A stretch of DNA of 64,000 nt, taken from NCBI RefSeq assembly GCF_009914755.1, contig NC_060931.1; one strand, given 5' to 3'. How positions within the stretch are numbered: the stretch's first letter is position 1; each line of letters begins with the position of its first letter. A model generated the notes under the pieces. It was not told the origin of the DNA. It did not search any database and saw nothing but the letters and a program-made list of their open reading frames with translations. Below, one piece after another: positions 12,061 through 28,336 of the stretch. A program made the position numbers and the translations under genes. This DNA comes from the human T2T-CHM13v2.0 reference genome, Homo sapiens.

Positions 12061-13640
12061 CTTTTGTACAGTTTTGTCCAAACTAAACTATACATTAAAT
12101 CGAAATTCAACAAAAAACCCAATCAGTCTTTTTTCATAAATTTGACAAGCTCATCTGAAAAATGATTTTAGAATAAGGGACATGTAGATAATTTGGGGAA
12201 AGAATGGGGGAGGGTTGCAATTCACCTTGTCAGAAAGATTTCACATTGTCAGAACGATTGAGACACCAAGTGTCTACTCTGTACCACAGCAGGTGAGTAT
12301 CACAGATGTATGGTGAGTTAGAGAAGCCAGACACATGGAGTGCATGATGTCTGAATCCGCTAACCTCTCGCTTTGGGTCTCACTTGGGAGGAGATGCTGA
12401 GGGGAGGGTCTGGGCTGCCAAGGGCTCTGTCTGGAGCTGGATGGTGACTACACAGCACAGTCAACAGGCTCTGCACTAAGATGTGCACACTTTGTATATG
12501 TTATACTCCAGTAGAAATTCATGTATAAAGTAAGATGAGAAAGTTGAATTGAGAAAAGAAAATCATCAAGGTTTTGGAAAGACTGACAAACAGAACCAGT
12601 GGAATAAAACTGAGGAGGGAGAAATATAAGTACACACATGGGGACTGGATAGACAACCAATGTGAAGACATACACTGCAGGAGAAAGGGTATTTCAACAA
12701 TTAAATACAAGGGCCAGGACAACTCCCTATCTAAGTAGAAAAAGATAAAATTCAACCCCTGTCTCACAACAACAAAAATTCCTGACAGATTAAAGATTCT
12801 AAAACTTCAGAAGAAAATAAGGGCAAATATTTTTATGAAATCACTAGAGAAAGATGCCATGATGAAACCCAAAGACTTCAAATGGAAAACACTGATTAAA
12901 AAGACACCATAAAAAAGATAGAAGATAAGCTATATCTCTATTTTTATAACATATATAATGCACTGACCAAGAACTAGTATTCAAATATAATTACATACAT
13001 TTTATAATAAAATACTATGCTATATATAACACATATAGCATTTCTATATAAATATGGTCTACATATATATTTATATGTAACATGTATATTTATATTATAT
13101 AATATGTAGTATTTATATTAGATAATAAAGTATAAAATATAGAAATATAAGATTTTATTATACATAATATGTAAAATATGTATTTCTAGAATAATGACAC
13201 AGATATTAAGAATCCTTACATTCTAATAATAAAATAACAAAAAAAAACACAGCATGAAAATTGAAGTGTTCAAACAAGCAATTCACTAATGAGGAAATTT
13301 GAATGGCTAACAGAGCTATAGAAAGCTGCTCCACCTTATTTGTCTGCCAGATACAGACAAATGAAAATTGTAATAAGATACAAGTTTATGGCCCTCCCCC
13401 TTTGGCATAAACTAAAGAGAGGTCTGATAACACCTAATTAAATTATATTGTGGGGAAATAGAAAAAATGTAAAAACTGCCTAAATATCCTGCAGTAGAGG
13501 AAGAATGCATAAATTATACTGTAATACCATGCCATAGTTACATATAAACTAGATCTAAAGGTATCTGCGTGGATAAATCCTCAAAATATAATTCTGTGTG
13601 AAAAACACATCTTGAAAGGATAGCTACAGCATGAAACCAG
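12061..13640 (+). mobile_element. L1M/L1ME ORF2-end and 3' UTR fragments, with an AT-rich low-complexity tract (~12950-13200)
   Basis: TTGACAAGCTCATCTGAAAA, GACTGACAAACAGAACCAGTGGAATAAAAC, ATTTCAACAATT and AACAAGCAATTCACTAATGAGGAAA; a nested L1 3'-end piece at ~12290-12520. Confidence 0.7.
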
Positions 13641-13689
13641 TCATGAAATAAGTCCAGAATGTTGTGGGATGGAAAATACCCAATTCCAA

Positions 13690-15423
<1,734 letters not shown>

Positions 15424-15499
15424 CACCTGCTTTTCAAGTAGTGTTAAAAGAAGCTCTTCTGACAGAAGGAAAGTGACACAGGTCCGACACTCGGATCTA

Positions 15500-15615
15500 A
15501 ACAAGACACAGCAGATACCAGGGAAAGCATTCCAGGCACCACCAGGAAGAGCCACTGCAGAGGCCCTGGAGAATCCTGCTTGGCATGTTTGAGGAACAGC
15601 AAGGAAGCCAGGGTA
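15500..15615 (-). mobile_element. L2 fragment
   Basis: GGGAAAGCATTCCAGGCA...GCAGAGGCCCTGGAG...GGCATGTTTGAGGAACAGCAAGGAAGCCAG is typical antisense L2 sequence. Confidence 0.65.
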
Positions 15616-15748
15616 CTTGGAAGAGATCTACTAGTTATAAAGGGAAGTTCACAGCAAGAATACAAATGCATCATCTGTATTATCAATAATAGCTTATTGC
15701 TTTTTTTCTAAGTAGTTCTTAACAACATTGCAATAAAGAAACAATTGA

Positions 15749-16092
<344 letters not shown>

Positions 16093-17458
16093 CTACAAAT
16101 AGTCAATATTTAGTCTCTTGAAAAATCTATGGCCAAAGAGAAACCTGCGTGCTTGGGTCCAAAAAAGCGAAACGAGTATTGCATGATCTTGGTGATTCTG
16201 AGGCCAGCTCTAAGTCTTTGCTGTCATTGACATGTGACCCTTCCCAATCACACTTCTTCCTACCCACGGCTGAGTCTGTGGTGAAAGGACAGACTTCCTT
16301 CAGCCATGTCAGGCTCCTTTACTATCCTTGTATCTTGCAACACTCTTAGTAATCACATCATTTTGAATTCTTTATGTAAAAATGTACCTGCTTTAAGCCT
16401 CAGCAAAGACCAATGTCAAAAGAAAGATGTCTGTATCACAAGAACGATCACAGGCCCAGTAGATCGTGCGGCTGGACACGCACTTTCTGCCCACGAAAGA
16501 GCCTGTGAGGGGCCTCCATCTCGTGATGCAATGCACCAAGATGCCACGGGCACTGAAACACCAGCTTTTGGGTGCATACTTCATACCCACAGAAACCAGA
16601 GAATGGATTTCCAAACGTCCAGAAAAAAGAAGTCAGGGGAGTGAAACGCAGAGACCAGGAGCTCATCCGACTGCCCCATCGTGCTTGACTCTTCCCCAGC
16701 AGAGGGGTCGGGAGTTCCGGTGGATTCAGTGTTCCCATCAATGGTGAGCCGCTTCGGAGCAAAGCCAAACACAGCTCAGAACTGCACAAGTTCAGGCACC
16801 AGACACAGGGTAGGATCCACGTCACTCTCTGCAGCACAGGGTAATGCACTCTCTACCACACGCATGAATCATTTATTCAGAAAGAGATGAGAGATCCATG
16901 GAACTGTGAACTAATCCTAAATATAACATTTCCATTTACTTTCCCCGCACTTAACATCTTTGCAGTATCCCGTCACGGCTGAGTTCACGTTTTTGCTGTG
17001 TGCTGCTGGTATCCTGCCTGCAAGCTTCGGGAGGGCAGGGGCAGGCCAGGCCCAGGGCTTCCTAAGGGACCTGGCTGTCCTGAGCCACAGCCGGCTGATA
17101 GACACCATAGTGAAGAATCCGATGGGTGTCTGTGACAGTGTCTCAGGGCCAGGGTGACGAGCATCTGCTGCCCACTGTGCCAGGGAAGAAAGGGAGTACT
17201 GGCTTGCAGAGACTTACGGCTGAAACTACTAGAAAACAGGTTTTATGAACTGCCTCTGAATTTATTTGTATTATGCTTTTTTCATAATTAAAAGAAAAGC
17301 TTGTAACAGTTTCCTCATTTATAAATTCCATATTTCAATACAAAGCAAAACACTCTTGGAGGTTCTGGAATCCTTCAGTGTGCAACGCATCTGCCATTCC
17401 AAGACAGAGACCAAAAAAATGGAGGAAAGTTTGGGGGAAGTTACAGTGAAAAGCTCCT

Positions 17459-17597
17459 GATGGGCGTGGTGGCCATGCCCATAGTTCCAGCTACTCGGGA
17501 GGCTAAGGCAGGAGGATTACTTGAGCTCAGGAGTTCAACACCAGCCTCAGAAACATAGCAAGACCCCATCTCATGAAGAAAAAAATACCAAAAAAAA
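17459..17597 (+). mobile_element. FLAM (free left Alu monomer)
   Basis: GGGCGTGGTGG...CCAGCTACTCGGGAGGCTAAGGCAGGAGGATTACTTGAGCTCAGGAGTTCAA...AGACCCCATCTC plus A tail; TSD-like AAAG(C/T)TCCT. Confidence 0.85.
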
Positions 17598-17758
17598 GTT
17601 CCTAGTGATAAAAGTAACGTGCCATGTGGAGGGGAACACTTTCCTCTAATCTAAGGGAGCAAATCCCAGGTTTTAATCCCATGGACAGAAAAAAGTGTCA
17701 CCTTTACTAACAACATTCTTACCTATTAGTTAAATCAGAGATGTGTCCTGGGTGTAGA

Positions 17759-17916
17759 CATGACCAGGGACAGGAGGATCAGGGATCAGGGATGAACATC
17801 AGAGGGACTCTCATGACCAGGGACAGGAGGATCAGGGATCAGGGATGAACATCAGAGGGACTCTCATGACCAGGGACAGGAGGATCAGGGATCAGGGATG
17901 AACATCAGAGGGACTC
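17759..17916. repeat. 53-bp tandem repeat, 3 essentially identical copies
   Basis: CATGACCAGGGACAGGAGGATCAGGGATCAGGGATGAACATCAGAGGGACTCT at 17759, 17812, 17865. Confidence 0.97.
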
Positions 17917-20131
17917 CCATTCTCGTCACCTGACTTTAAAGGGTTGGTAAGTTTTTCAACAAAAATACTCACCAACAATAATATCTCCCCAGCACCAAGC
18001 TCCTGCAGGAGAGAATGGCATTTGGGTGGCAGACATGGCCGTGAATGGGAAGGAGAAGGGCCTGACCTCACTGCAAGGCCGTCTGCATTAAAGAGGCCAA
18101 TTTCTGAGCACAAGGCAGGTTGCCAGGAAATGCAGCTTGACATTTATAAACCTACTCACCAGCCTTTGTTCTCAATGCCAGGGCACCCAAGTAAGCAAGC
18201 CTTCCTTCCCGGCACTGCAGACACTTCTGGAAAGACCCACCATTTCTTCAGAAATGACACTTCACAGTGTGGTGAGAGGGGAGAAGCGCACAGACCATCC
18301 TGCACAGTTGGCTCAGCATTTAGCAATTACATAAAATGTGTGAGACTGATTGTCATTTGCTCAAAAAATGTGTTGAGCACCTAACGTACGCTGACCACGT
18401 CACTGGACGTGGCAGAGGGAGCAAAGCATAAAGAGAAAGGCCACACGCCGAGGCTGTGATGGGCAGTGAGGATATGTAAATCTTATGCTTATGGACTACA
18501 TCCTGCCACACATGATTTTCATAAAAGTCATTAACTCCCAAAGCAACCCTGCAGGGTGTTTCAGATAAAAAAATTTAGAATAGCTTTATCTGAGTTACAC
18601 AATTTTAAAAGTCAGCAACTGAAGAAATGTCCAGAAAGTCTTGGTTAAATAAAAAACACTTAAGTGGCACAGAGGCAGGAGGGGGAATCCTGAAGCTGGT
18701 GCGTCTGGGGAGCTCACCTCTGGAGGAGAAAATTGAACCAGCAGACTGTGGGCGGCCACAGCCCTGAGGCAGGGGTGGGGGGCGTCCTCACTGCTGCTGA
18801 ATCTGTACAGGACTCTGGGGCCCCTTCTCCCCGCACATCCTGCACCTGCATAGGAATTCATAAAAACAAAGCAAGCACTCCAATGTGTGTGTCTTTCTTT
18901 TTCCTACTAAATGGGAACGTGTTGGAGCTTGGTCTAAATTATCTGCATCACCAAAGAGAGCACAGTCTCCAGGGCTCAGGCAGGGTCAGCCTCTGGCTCT
19001 CAGGCAGGCACAGAGAGCTCGGGGCCTCGATCATTTGTAAAGACTCTGCTGCAACCAAACTCACCAGCAGAGGACAGGCTGCAGGAGGCCACAGGGGACA
19101 AGGAGAACCCGTGCTGAAGAGACCACAGCTGGTCCCAGGGGACCAAGATGGGAGCTCTGCCTCAGAAACAGTGTCCAGGGCTCAAGTGGCCCAGGTTAAC
19201 ATCTTCTCTGCTACTTGGAAAAGAGATCTTTTCCTGCACCATAGGCCGACAGGTGCCAGTTCGGCGATGACTAAGTACAAAAGAGTCTGCTGCAGGAGCA
19301 ACATTTAATTCTCAACGAGAGCACCTGGAGGACACCAGGAGGAGCATCACAGACAGGAAAAATTATAAACAGTGAAGGGCAGCCCCAAACAATAACAACA
19401 ACTTCTCTTCCTTAGACACCCTTGAGAGTTATGTCAATAACCACTGCTCGGTTATATTTTACAGAAAGCCTTTCTAAATTAAAATATGGTGCTATCCACT
19501 TAAACCCTACTGGGCTGAACTTACACATATGCATGATATTGACCCCTGAATTGATCAGAGATTGATGCTGAAACCACCCAAAAGCCTCCATGACTGGAAG
19601 CTTGATATCTGACCCGGCTTTAAAGAAAGTTGGTGGCTTTGGGACAGCAGTCATGTGGCGCACAGCAGCCCATTCTTTGTTTCCAGCAGGCAGCAACAAA
19701 TCCGTGAGGCTGAGCTAGCCCCTCTGTCGGGAAGCTCCAAATGGCTGGAGAAATAAATTTTTTATTAAAAAAGTAATTGGAAAGATGTTTACATTAATCA
19801 GATTTCTAATTTTTCACTTCTCCATGGTAAAGATCCCAGCTATCCAGATAAATGCCACTCAGAGCACCCACATCTCCTGGTGGTCTTGGCCTTGTGTCAG
19901 CATTCTAAATACTCACATCCATAGCAAGACATGAGAAACAGGAAGGAGAGGAAAGAAGAATCAGAGAGGTGTGCCCCAGGACGTGGGCGCAGCTGGCACA
20001 TTCAGAGACGGTCTCTGAATTGCAGATTTCAGAGATTGTTTAGCACAGACATCCTGTTTTATCATTTGAAACCTAAGGAACAGAGAGTGCAAAGGGCTTG
20101 CCAATAGTTGGCTAGCTAGTCAGTGAGAGAC

Positions 20132-20949
20132 CCAGGAGCAGAACCTGTGATCCTGGCGTCCTGACACTGCCTTGTTCTGTCCAGGAGCAGAACCTGCGAT
20201 CCTGGCATCCTGACACTGCCTCGTTCTGTCCAGGAGCAGAACCTGCGATCCTGGCGTCCTGACACTGCCTCGTTCTGTCCAGGAGCAGAACCTGCGATCC
20301 TGACGTCCTGATACTGCCTTGTTCTGTCCAGGAGCAGAACCTGCGATCCTGACGTCCTGACACTGCCGTGTTCTGTCCAGGAGCAGAACCTGCGATCCTG
20401 GCATCCTGACACTGCCTTGTTCTGTCCAGGAGCAGAACCTGCGATCCTGGAGTCCTGACACTGCCTTGTTCTGTCCAGGAGCAGAACCTGTGATCCTGGC
20501 GTCCTGACACTGCAATCCTGGTGTCCTGACACTGCCTTGTTCTGTCCAGGAGCAGAACCTGTGATCCTGGCGTCCTGACACTGCAATCCTTGCATCCTGG
20601 CACTGCCTTGTTCTGTCCAGGAGCAGAACCTATGATCCTGGCATCCTGACACTGCCTTGTTCTGTCCAGGAGCAGAACCTGCGTTCCTGGCGTCCTGACA
20701 CTGCCTTGTTCTGTCCAGGAGCAGAAACTGCGATCCTGGCATCCTGACGCTGCGATCCTGGCATCCTGACACTGCGATCCTGGTGTCCTGACACTGCCTT
20801 GTTCTGTCCAGGAGCAGAACCTGCGATCCTGGCGTCCTGACACTGCCTTGTTCTGTCCAGGAGCAGAAACTGCGATCCTGGCATCCTGACGCTGCGATCC
20901 TGGCATCCTGACACTGCAATCCTGGCATCCTGACACTGTCTTGTTCTGT
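20132..20949. repeat. 49-bp VNTR, 14 units, with nested 22-bp sub-repeat expansion
   Basis: CCAGGAGCAGAACCTGCGATCCTGGCGTCCTGACACTGCCTTGTTCTGT; unit lengths 49, 71 and 93. Confidence 0.97.
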
Positions 20950-21896
20950 GCACTGCCCTTCAGGGACTGAGGCAATCCCGCGATTTCTCATGTGGCAGGT
21001 TCTCAGCACCACACCTTCCACCATGACCTGAGGCCCAGCTGGTTTCTAAGAATGCACTGTTATGCAGCAGCTCTGGGACTAAAGGATGTCGAGACTTTAA
21101 AATACTGTGGCTGCAGGAACCAGGAGAGGATGCCGGGCTGGGTGTCAGAACACAGGGAAAAGCCATCCCTGTTAGCCACCTTGGCATGCTCTTGAGTTTC
21201 CTGAAGCAGATTTCCTAACCTGACATTTTGGAGACGGCAGGACGGGTTTCTCAGCAATAATCCCTCATCTGCCATTGAGGCGCCGAGCTCTTGTCTTCCT
21301 TCCTGGTGTGTGTACCGCTAGCTTTGCACCAGTTCCGCCCACTCACCAAAAAGTCCATCTAAATCCATCCATGCTTATTTTTAATTTAACCTTAATCCTG
21401 CAGGATCAGTACAGGGGCAGGCAATCAGGTTTACACAAGGGAGGCGAGCGGCTGCGAGGGAGGCCTGGCCTAAAAACGCCCCCGCCCCTCGCCCCGGAAT
21501 GGAGCCTCCAGATACACTCAACTCAAACCACATCCCATTCCTCTCTCATGCAAACTCATCTGGTCACAGAGCATTTGCTGAGTGCAGACTCTGTGTGACA
21601 CACACTGCTACTTTCTGAGGAACACACAGATGAATACAACAGTCCCCATGGGCAGGTTTAGCAGGGAAGAAGCACAGTCACCGAAGTCCAAAAAAGCCAG
21701 GCTGGAGCCCATGGGCCATGCAGAACAGGCCAGGAGCCGAGGGCAGGTCACTCAGTTCCCTTTCTCTCAAGGAGCTTTCAGCTCAGGAGAATAAACAAGG
21801 AGTATACACACATCATGTCCAAGGGCAATCTTAGTAACCACAACCAAAGAGGCTGGAGCCACTGCACACCTCAGGGAAGGAGAGGCCACTTGTGCT

Positions 21897-22089
21897 GTGC
21901 GAGGCCTGCCTGCAGTCACTGAGCGTGTGAGGCCTGCCTGCAGTCACTGAGCATGTGAGGGCTGCCTGCAGTCACTGAGGGTGCGAGGGCTACCTGCAGT
22001 CACTGAGTGTGTGAGGCCTGCCTGCAGTCACTGAGAGTGCAAGGGCTACCTGCAGTCACTGAGCATGTGAGGGCTGCCTGCAGTCACTG
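21897..22089. repeat. 28-bp minisatellite, ~7 copies
   Basis: GTGTGAGGCCTGCCTGCAGTCACTGAGC with period 28. Confidence 0.95.
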
Positions 22090-22576
22090 CGCTTGGGAGA
22101 GGAGGCACGGCACATCTGGCGTTTCAGAGCCGATGGCATGTTAGAGGCCACCGGGGAGGGACAGCTGCTGGGCACAGCTGGTGCACTAGAAGCAGCTGAG
22201 GTCCATTCTGCAAAGGAGAGCTGAGGCTGGGTTGCACAGCAAAGCACAGAGCAACATGCAGCCAGTCTTTTCTCAGTGCAAAATGGGCAAGCCGGGAGCT
22301 CTCAAGTGAGTCAGCAACCCACCAATGTGGCATTACAGGAGGATGAACAGGGCAGTGCAAGGTGACCTGGGGGTAGGAGTACCGAGCACATGGAACACAC
22401 GTAAGGCAGCTCCTTGTTCAGGCATGAGGCAGGAAGAGCTAGAATGGGGCCGAATTCAGAGCAACAGGGACAGGGGACCCGATGGATATCGAAGGTGGCC
22501 AAGAATGGTGCATACACACTTTCTTCTAAGGACACTTTCTGTCTAGATAGAAACTCATACATGAATACACATATGT

Positions 22577-22601
22577 ATACACACACACACACACACACAC
22601 A
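22577..22601. repeat. (CA)n microsatellite
   Basis: About 12 perfect CA units. Confidence 0.9.
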
Positions 22602-22930
22602 GGTCAGTACCATTCTTTCAACTTTTCTGTTTGTATATTTTCATCATAAAATATTGGGGAAATGGTGCCTTTTCATCTCTGCAATGTGAGAGCTCTATAG
22701 CATCAGAAACTCTCCTTATCTTACAGACCATGTAGAAACATGTGGGGAAAAGTCCTACATGCATCTATAAATCACCAGGTCCTGCTAGCCACGGGCATCT
22801 CCTCTTGGTCCTCATGTTACATTTTCTTAGACTTAAGTTTTCTTCATAGCAAGGGAACATGACTTGACTCTGAAAACTTGAATGATGTATTTTAAGGTGA
22901 GTAAGTTACATAGGAATAATGTATATCCCT

Positions 22931-24767
22931 ATCATCATTGTTACTATTGCCATCATCACCATCAATAAGCATCATAATCATATCATCCCACCAGCACCAT
23001 CATCACCATCACTATCATCATCATCACTATCATCATCATCACTATCATCATCAATCACATCACCACTACCACCATCACCATCACCACCATCATCATATCA
23101 CCATCACCATCATTACCATCACCACTGTCACCATCACATCACAACCACCATCACCATCACCATCATATCACCACCATCACCATCATCACTATCACCAACA
23201 CCATCATCACCCTCACCATCATCACTATCATCCCACCACTACCATCACCACCATCACTATCATCATCACCATTATCACCATCGCATCACCACCATTACCA
23301 ATATCACTATCACCATCACATTACCACCACCATCACCATCATCACCATATCACCACCATCACCATCATCACTATCACCAACACCATCATCACTATGGTCC
23401 CATCACTACCATCATCATCATCACTATCATCATCGTTATTACCATCACATCACCACCATCACCATCATCACTATCACCAACAATATCACCTTCACCATCA
23501 TCACTATCATCCCACTACTGTCAACACCATCACTATCATCATCGTCATCATTACCATCACATCAACACCATTACCATCATTGCTGTCACCATTACATCAC
23601 CACCACCATCACCATCATCACGATGATATCATCACCATCACCATCATATCACCACCATCACCATCATCACTATCACCAACACCATCATCACCCTCACCAT
23701 CATCACTATCATCCCACCACTACCATCATCACCATCACTATCATTGTCATCACCATTATCACCATCATGCCGCCATTACCATCATCACTGTTGCCATTAC
23801 ATCACCACCACCACCATCATATCACCACCATCACCATCATCATCACATCTCCACCACAATCACCATCATCACTATCAACTCATCATCACCATCATTATCA
23901 ATCATCATTATCACTACCACTATCATCATCACCATTACCACCATACCACTGCCACTTTCACCATCACATCACCATCACCACCATCATCGTCATCATCACT
24001 CTTACCATGATCATTATATCACCACCATCATCACCATCAGCATTATCAGCATCATCACCAGCAATCATCACCATGAGCATCATATCACCACCACCATCAC
24101 CATCATATCTTCCCCATTATCACCACCAGTCATCATCATCACCAGCAATCATCACCACCAACATCAGCATCATCGATGCCCTCAATACCATCACCATAAT
24201 CAGTATCGCATCACTGCTATCATCACCATCACCATCATCATTACCATCATCATTACCACCACTGCCATCATCAGCACCACTATCACCATCATCACCATCA
24301 CATCATCACCATCACCACCATCATTACCACCATCGCCATCATCAGCATCACTATCATCATCATCACCATCATCACATCATCATCACCATCATCATTGCTA
24401 ACTTTGCCATCATCAGCATCACTATCATCATCATCACCATCATCACTATCATTACCACCATCGCCATCAGCATCACTATCATCATCATCACCATCACATC
24501 ATCACCATCACCATCAATCATCATTACCACCATCGCCATCATCAGCATCACTATCATCATCATCACCATCACATCATCACCATCACCACCATCATTACCA
24601 CCATCACCATCATCAGCATCACTATCATTACCACCATCGCCATCATCAGCATCACTATCATCATCATCATCACATCATCACCATCACCATCAATCATCAT
24701 TGCCACCATCGCCATCAACAGCATCACTATCATCATCATCATCATCATTGTCATCAGCATCTCCATC
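22931..24767. repeat. 1.8-kb degenerate (CAT/CAC)n triplet array
   Basis: Continuous CAT, CAC, TAT and TAC triplets with almost no G on the plus strand; internal block duplications. Confidence 0.97.
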
Positions 24768-25146
24768 TGACTGGTGGCCCTGGAACTCCTCCTTTGTCCT
24801 TTCAGTTGGGCATCTCCCATCATTCCCCCAGCCATCTCCACTCCCGATTCTCTGTGCCGTCTTCCTCTACATGTTCAGCCCTCTCTGCTACACTGGTGGG
24901 TGACTCCAACTCCGACACTACATGCTCTGCCCTGTCTTCCTTCCTTTCACAGCTCTTCATGCTCATCTCACCTCCTGAACTGCTGCCTGAGCATCCACAG
25001 GCCTGAAGCCAGGACTCACTCTTTCGGACTGACCCTCAGCTGATCCTTGAGCTGAAGTTCCTTGAGGAACTCGGCCCAACATTATATTTTTCCATGGCAC
25101 CAGCCTCACAGCTGATCCCACATGGTCCTCAAAGAATGCAACCTGA

Positions 25147-25473
<327 letters not shown>

Positions 25474-28053
25474 TTATTTGTTGCAATGTAGCTATTACCT
25501 TTGGTTCCTGAAGGAGTTGAAAGGGGCAGGGAATGATGCAGGCACACATTAATTCACTGCTAGTGACCCCCATTTTATTAGGAAAGAAATAAAATACATG
25601 TAGGGTAATGGGCACATTGTGATTTATATAACAAGCGTGTTCCTGAAAAGGTACATCAAAGTCAGAATGCTTTTGAAGTGGCCTCAGAAAGGTTACTGTT
25701 TAAAACACTGTTATTAGAATTACTTTAAAAAGAGTGAAAATATTCAGGGAATGCAGCCTTTTGTAGATTATTCATGTTCTAAAGTGATCATGCTTATATT
25801 TTTACCTTCTGTTAGAATCAATGAAAAACTTAATTCATAATTCTACTAAGCTACAATTTGAAAATATCTTGGGTGCAATTTTCCTTCACATTTCTTTGGC
25901 TCAGTGTCCTCCAGATTTACCAGTGACAACAAAGTCACAGCAACCTCAATGCCTTTTACTGACTCCCATCTGCAGAGCCTCAAGCCAACTCCCTCTGGAA
26001 ACTCCTCCTGCTGTTCTTAGAAGTCTTTCGGGCATCCAGACAGTCCTCTGGTTCTCTCTGAGCTTCCCCAAGATGCAGGAGCCACCCAGCTTGCATCCCA
26101 CAGCCTCCCGGCTTCCCTCAGCTGCACACCCTCCCAGGTGCCAGGAGCACAGCTCGGGCCCCGCTCTCCCCCGTCACGCTGAGCTCTGTGCTAGGGTGGG
26201 TATGGAAGGCCTCCTTCTCTGCAGAAGACTCAGGCCAGGCCAGGTTCCCACACCATTCTGTCCCCCACACGACTCTTCCATGCCAGTCTCCATCTCCTCA
26301 AGTACCTGCCTACCAAGAAAATAAGTCCTGTTCCTTCCTCTGTGCACACCTCTTTATGCAAAGAGGCACTGAAAGCTCAGAGGCCTCAGCAGCCCCGTCT
26401 GGGTTCTGGCTGCACTCAGGGATGCTTGCCCCTCCCGCTGGAAGTGCTCTCCCCACGGCAGGAGTGAGGAGCACTGAGACAACAGCCACCTGGAGTGGAA
26501 GGTCACCCAGGGGCACGCCATGGCGGTGGAGCCACCCCGGGGATTTCTTCTTCCTTTGCCAGTCTCTGCCCAAAAGATGAAATGCAGAGATGTGGTGTGT
26601 ACATCTGAGAAGCCACAGATGCTAGCAGTGCCCATGGGGGGCATCTGCAGGCGGCATCTGTTGGGGGTCTGGAGGGCACTATGTTGTCCCCAAGGGCCCC
26701 ATCCAGCACAGAGCAGTGTCAGCCAGCTCTCAGCAGTGTCACTTTGTGGACCAGCCCAGCTCTGGACCAGCTTGCTGAGGGGAGACGGCACAGTGCAGAG
26801 AGAGGAAACTGCCTGATCTCCGTTCCAGATGTAACCCAGTTCTTAGGCTATTATGGGACTGTGGGGACATTAAAGGACAGGAAGCACAGCCCTCCCCTCA
26901 AACATCAGAACTTCCCAAGACTCCCAAGGAGCTGCTGGCCCCAGCCTGGGTCCCTCCCAAGTCTGTCTGCCAGCAGCTGCAAAGGCCTCACATACCCTCC
27001 CTGTGTCAGGTGCACCAAGGTTCCTGGCTGATTAGCACCAAGGAGGACAAAAGCAGGCCTTTTGCAGTAGCTGTGTCTGTCTGTCTGTCTGTCTCAGGAA
27101 GCTGGAAAAGTGGCTAACTGAATTACATCCATGTCGTGCTCCCCCGGCGAGCGCCCGCCACCTTCATCTTTTCCCCTTTTGGTGACGTTCAGCACTGATT
27201 ACAAAGTGTCTCAGCTGGTAATATGTTCACTTCATTTTTTTTAGATGTGTTTTTTATTCAGTTCACAGATGAATCCAATTAGCATATCACTGTGACTGAT
27301 TAAATATGCCTCATGTAAATTTACATGTCAAAATACACACTGTACTTAAACAAGTAGGCCCGGCTGCCAGGCATCTGTAAACAGCTTTGCAGGCTTGGCC
27401 AGCTCGAAACACAAAAGCTAAGATTTAAATGTGCGGTGACTACCTGGTAGAGAGCGAGGAAGAGGGAAAAGGTAGTGTTACTCATGCATGAGGGGAGGGA
27501 ATGAATATAGACATTTGTCTCTCTTTGTCTCTGAAGGGAGGCCATTGACAAGAGAGTCCCCATCTGCATAGGAGGCTGCCACATCCAATTAGCTCACCAG
27601 GCGATGGAAATTGCGCCTCTGATCCAGAAAAGTCCCTGTGCACTAAAGTCAAGACTGTTTCAAAGAGATTATATTATCTTAGACAGCAGGATTAAATTAA
27701 TATGGCAATGACTTCTACGGGAGGAAATGTTTTTGTGAAACGTGCTAATGTTTATTATGCATTCTCCATCATAAGTGATCGCCTTTGATGTTCTATTCAT
27801 TTGTTGATTGGTTTCCGACTTCCTCTTAGAAGGGAGTGAAGAAACCCAGGTATGAAAATTGGATTGCGAAAGTTAAAGACAGAGAGAAAGCCTTAATTAG
27901 ATTCCTCTAGAAGCAGTGACTACTGGTTCTGTGGGTTATTGGGGGAAGTTCTTAAAATAATGAAATAAAATTAAGTGTGGTTTGGCCACCAAGAGCATCA
28001 GCACCAAAGGCACCCAGCCTCCTGGGGAAGCCCTGAGTCTCCGCCGCATGGAT

Positions 28054-28336
28054 GGTAGAGGGGTGCGGCCGCTGCTTTGCCTCGTGGGGGCCGTGGAGGG
28101 GCGCCCTTCGGACCTCCTGGAGAGGGTAGAGGGGTGCGGCCACTAATTTGCCTCGTGGGGGCCATGGAGGGGTGCCCTTCGGACCTCCTGGAGAGGGTAG
28201 AGGGGGGCGGCCACTGCTTTGTCTCGTGGGGGCCGTGGAGGGGTGCCCTTTGGACCTCCTGGAGAGGGTAGAGGGGTGCAGCCACTGCTTTGCCTCGAGG
28301 GGGCTGTGGAGGGGTGCCCTTTGGATCTTTTGGAGA
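28054..28336. repeat. 71-bp G-rich minisatellite, 4 copies
   Basis: GGTAGAGGGGTGCGGCC...GTGGAGGGGTGCCCTTCGGACCTCCTGGAGAG at 28054, 28125, 28196, 28267. Confidence 0.95.

Noticed and set aside
20112-21024. 287- and 302-aa minus-strand ORFs
   Set aside because: Translations of the 49-bp VNTR; the same peptide cycles through all frames.
22919-25006. Long His/Ser/Pro/Thr-rich ORFs (235, 487, 426, 203 aa)
   Set aside because: They come from a G-poor triplet repeat that rarely forms stop codons; several frames are open at once and there is no gene context.
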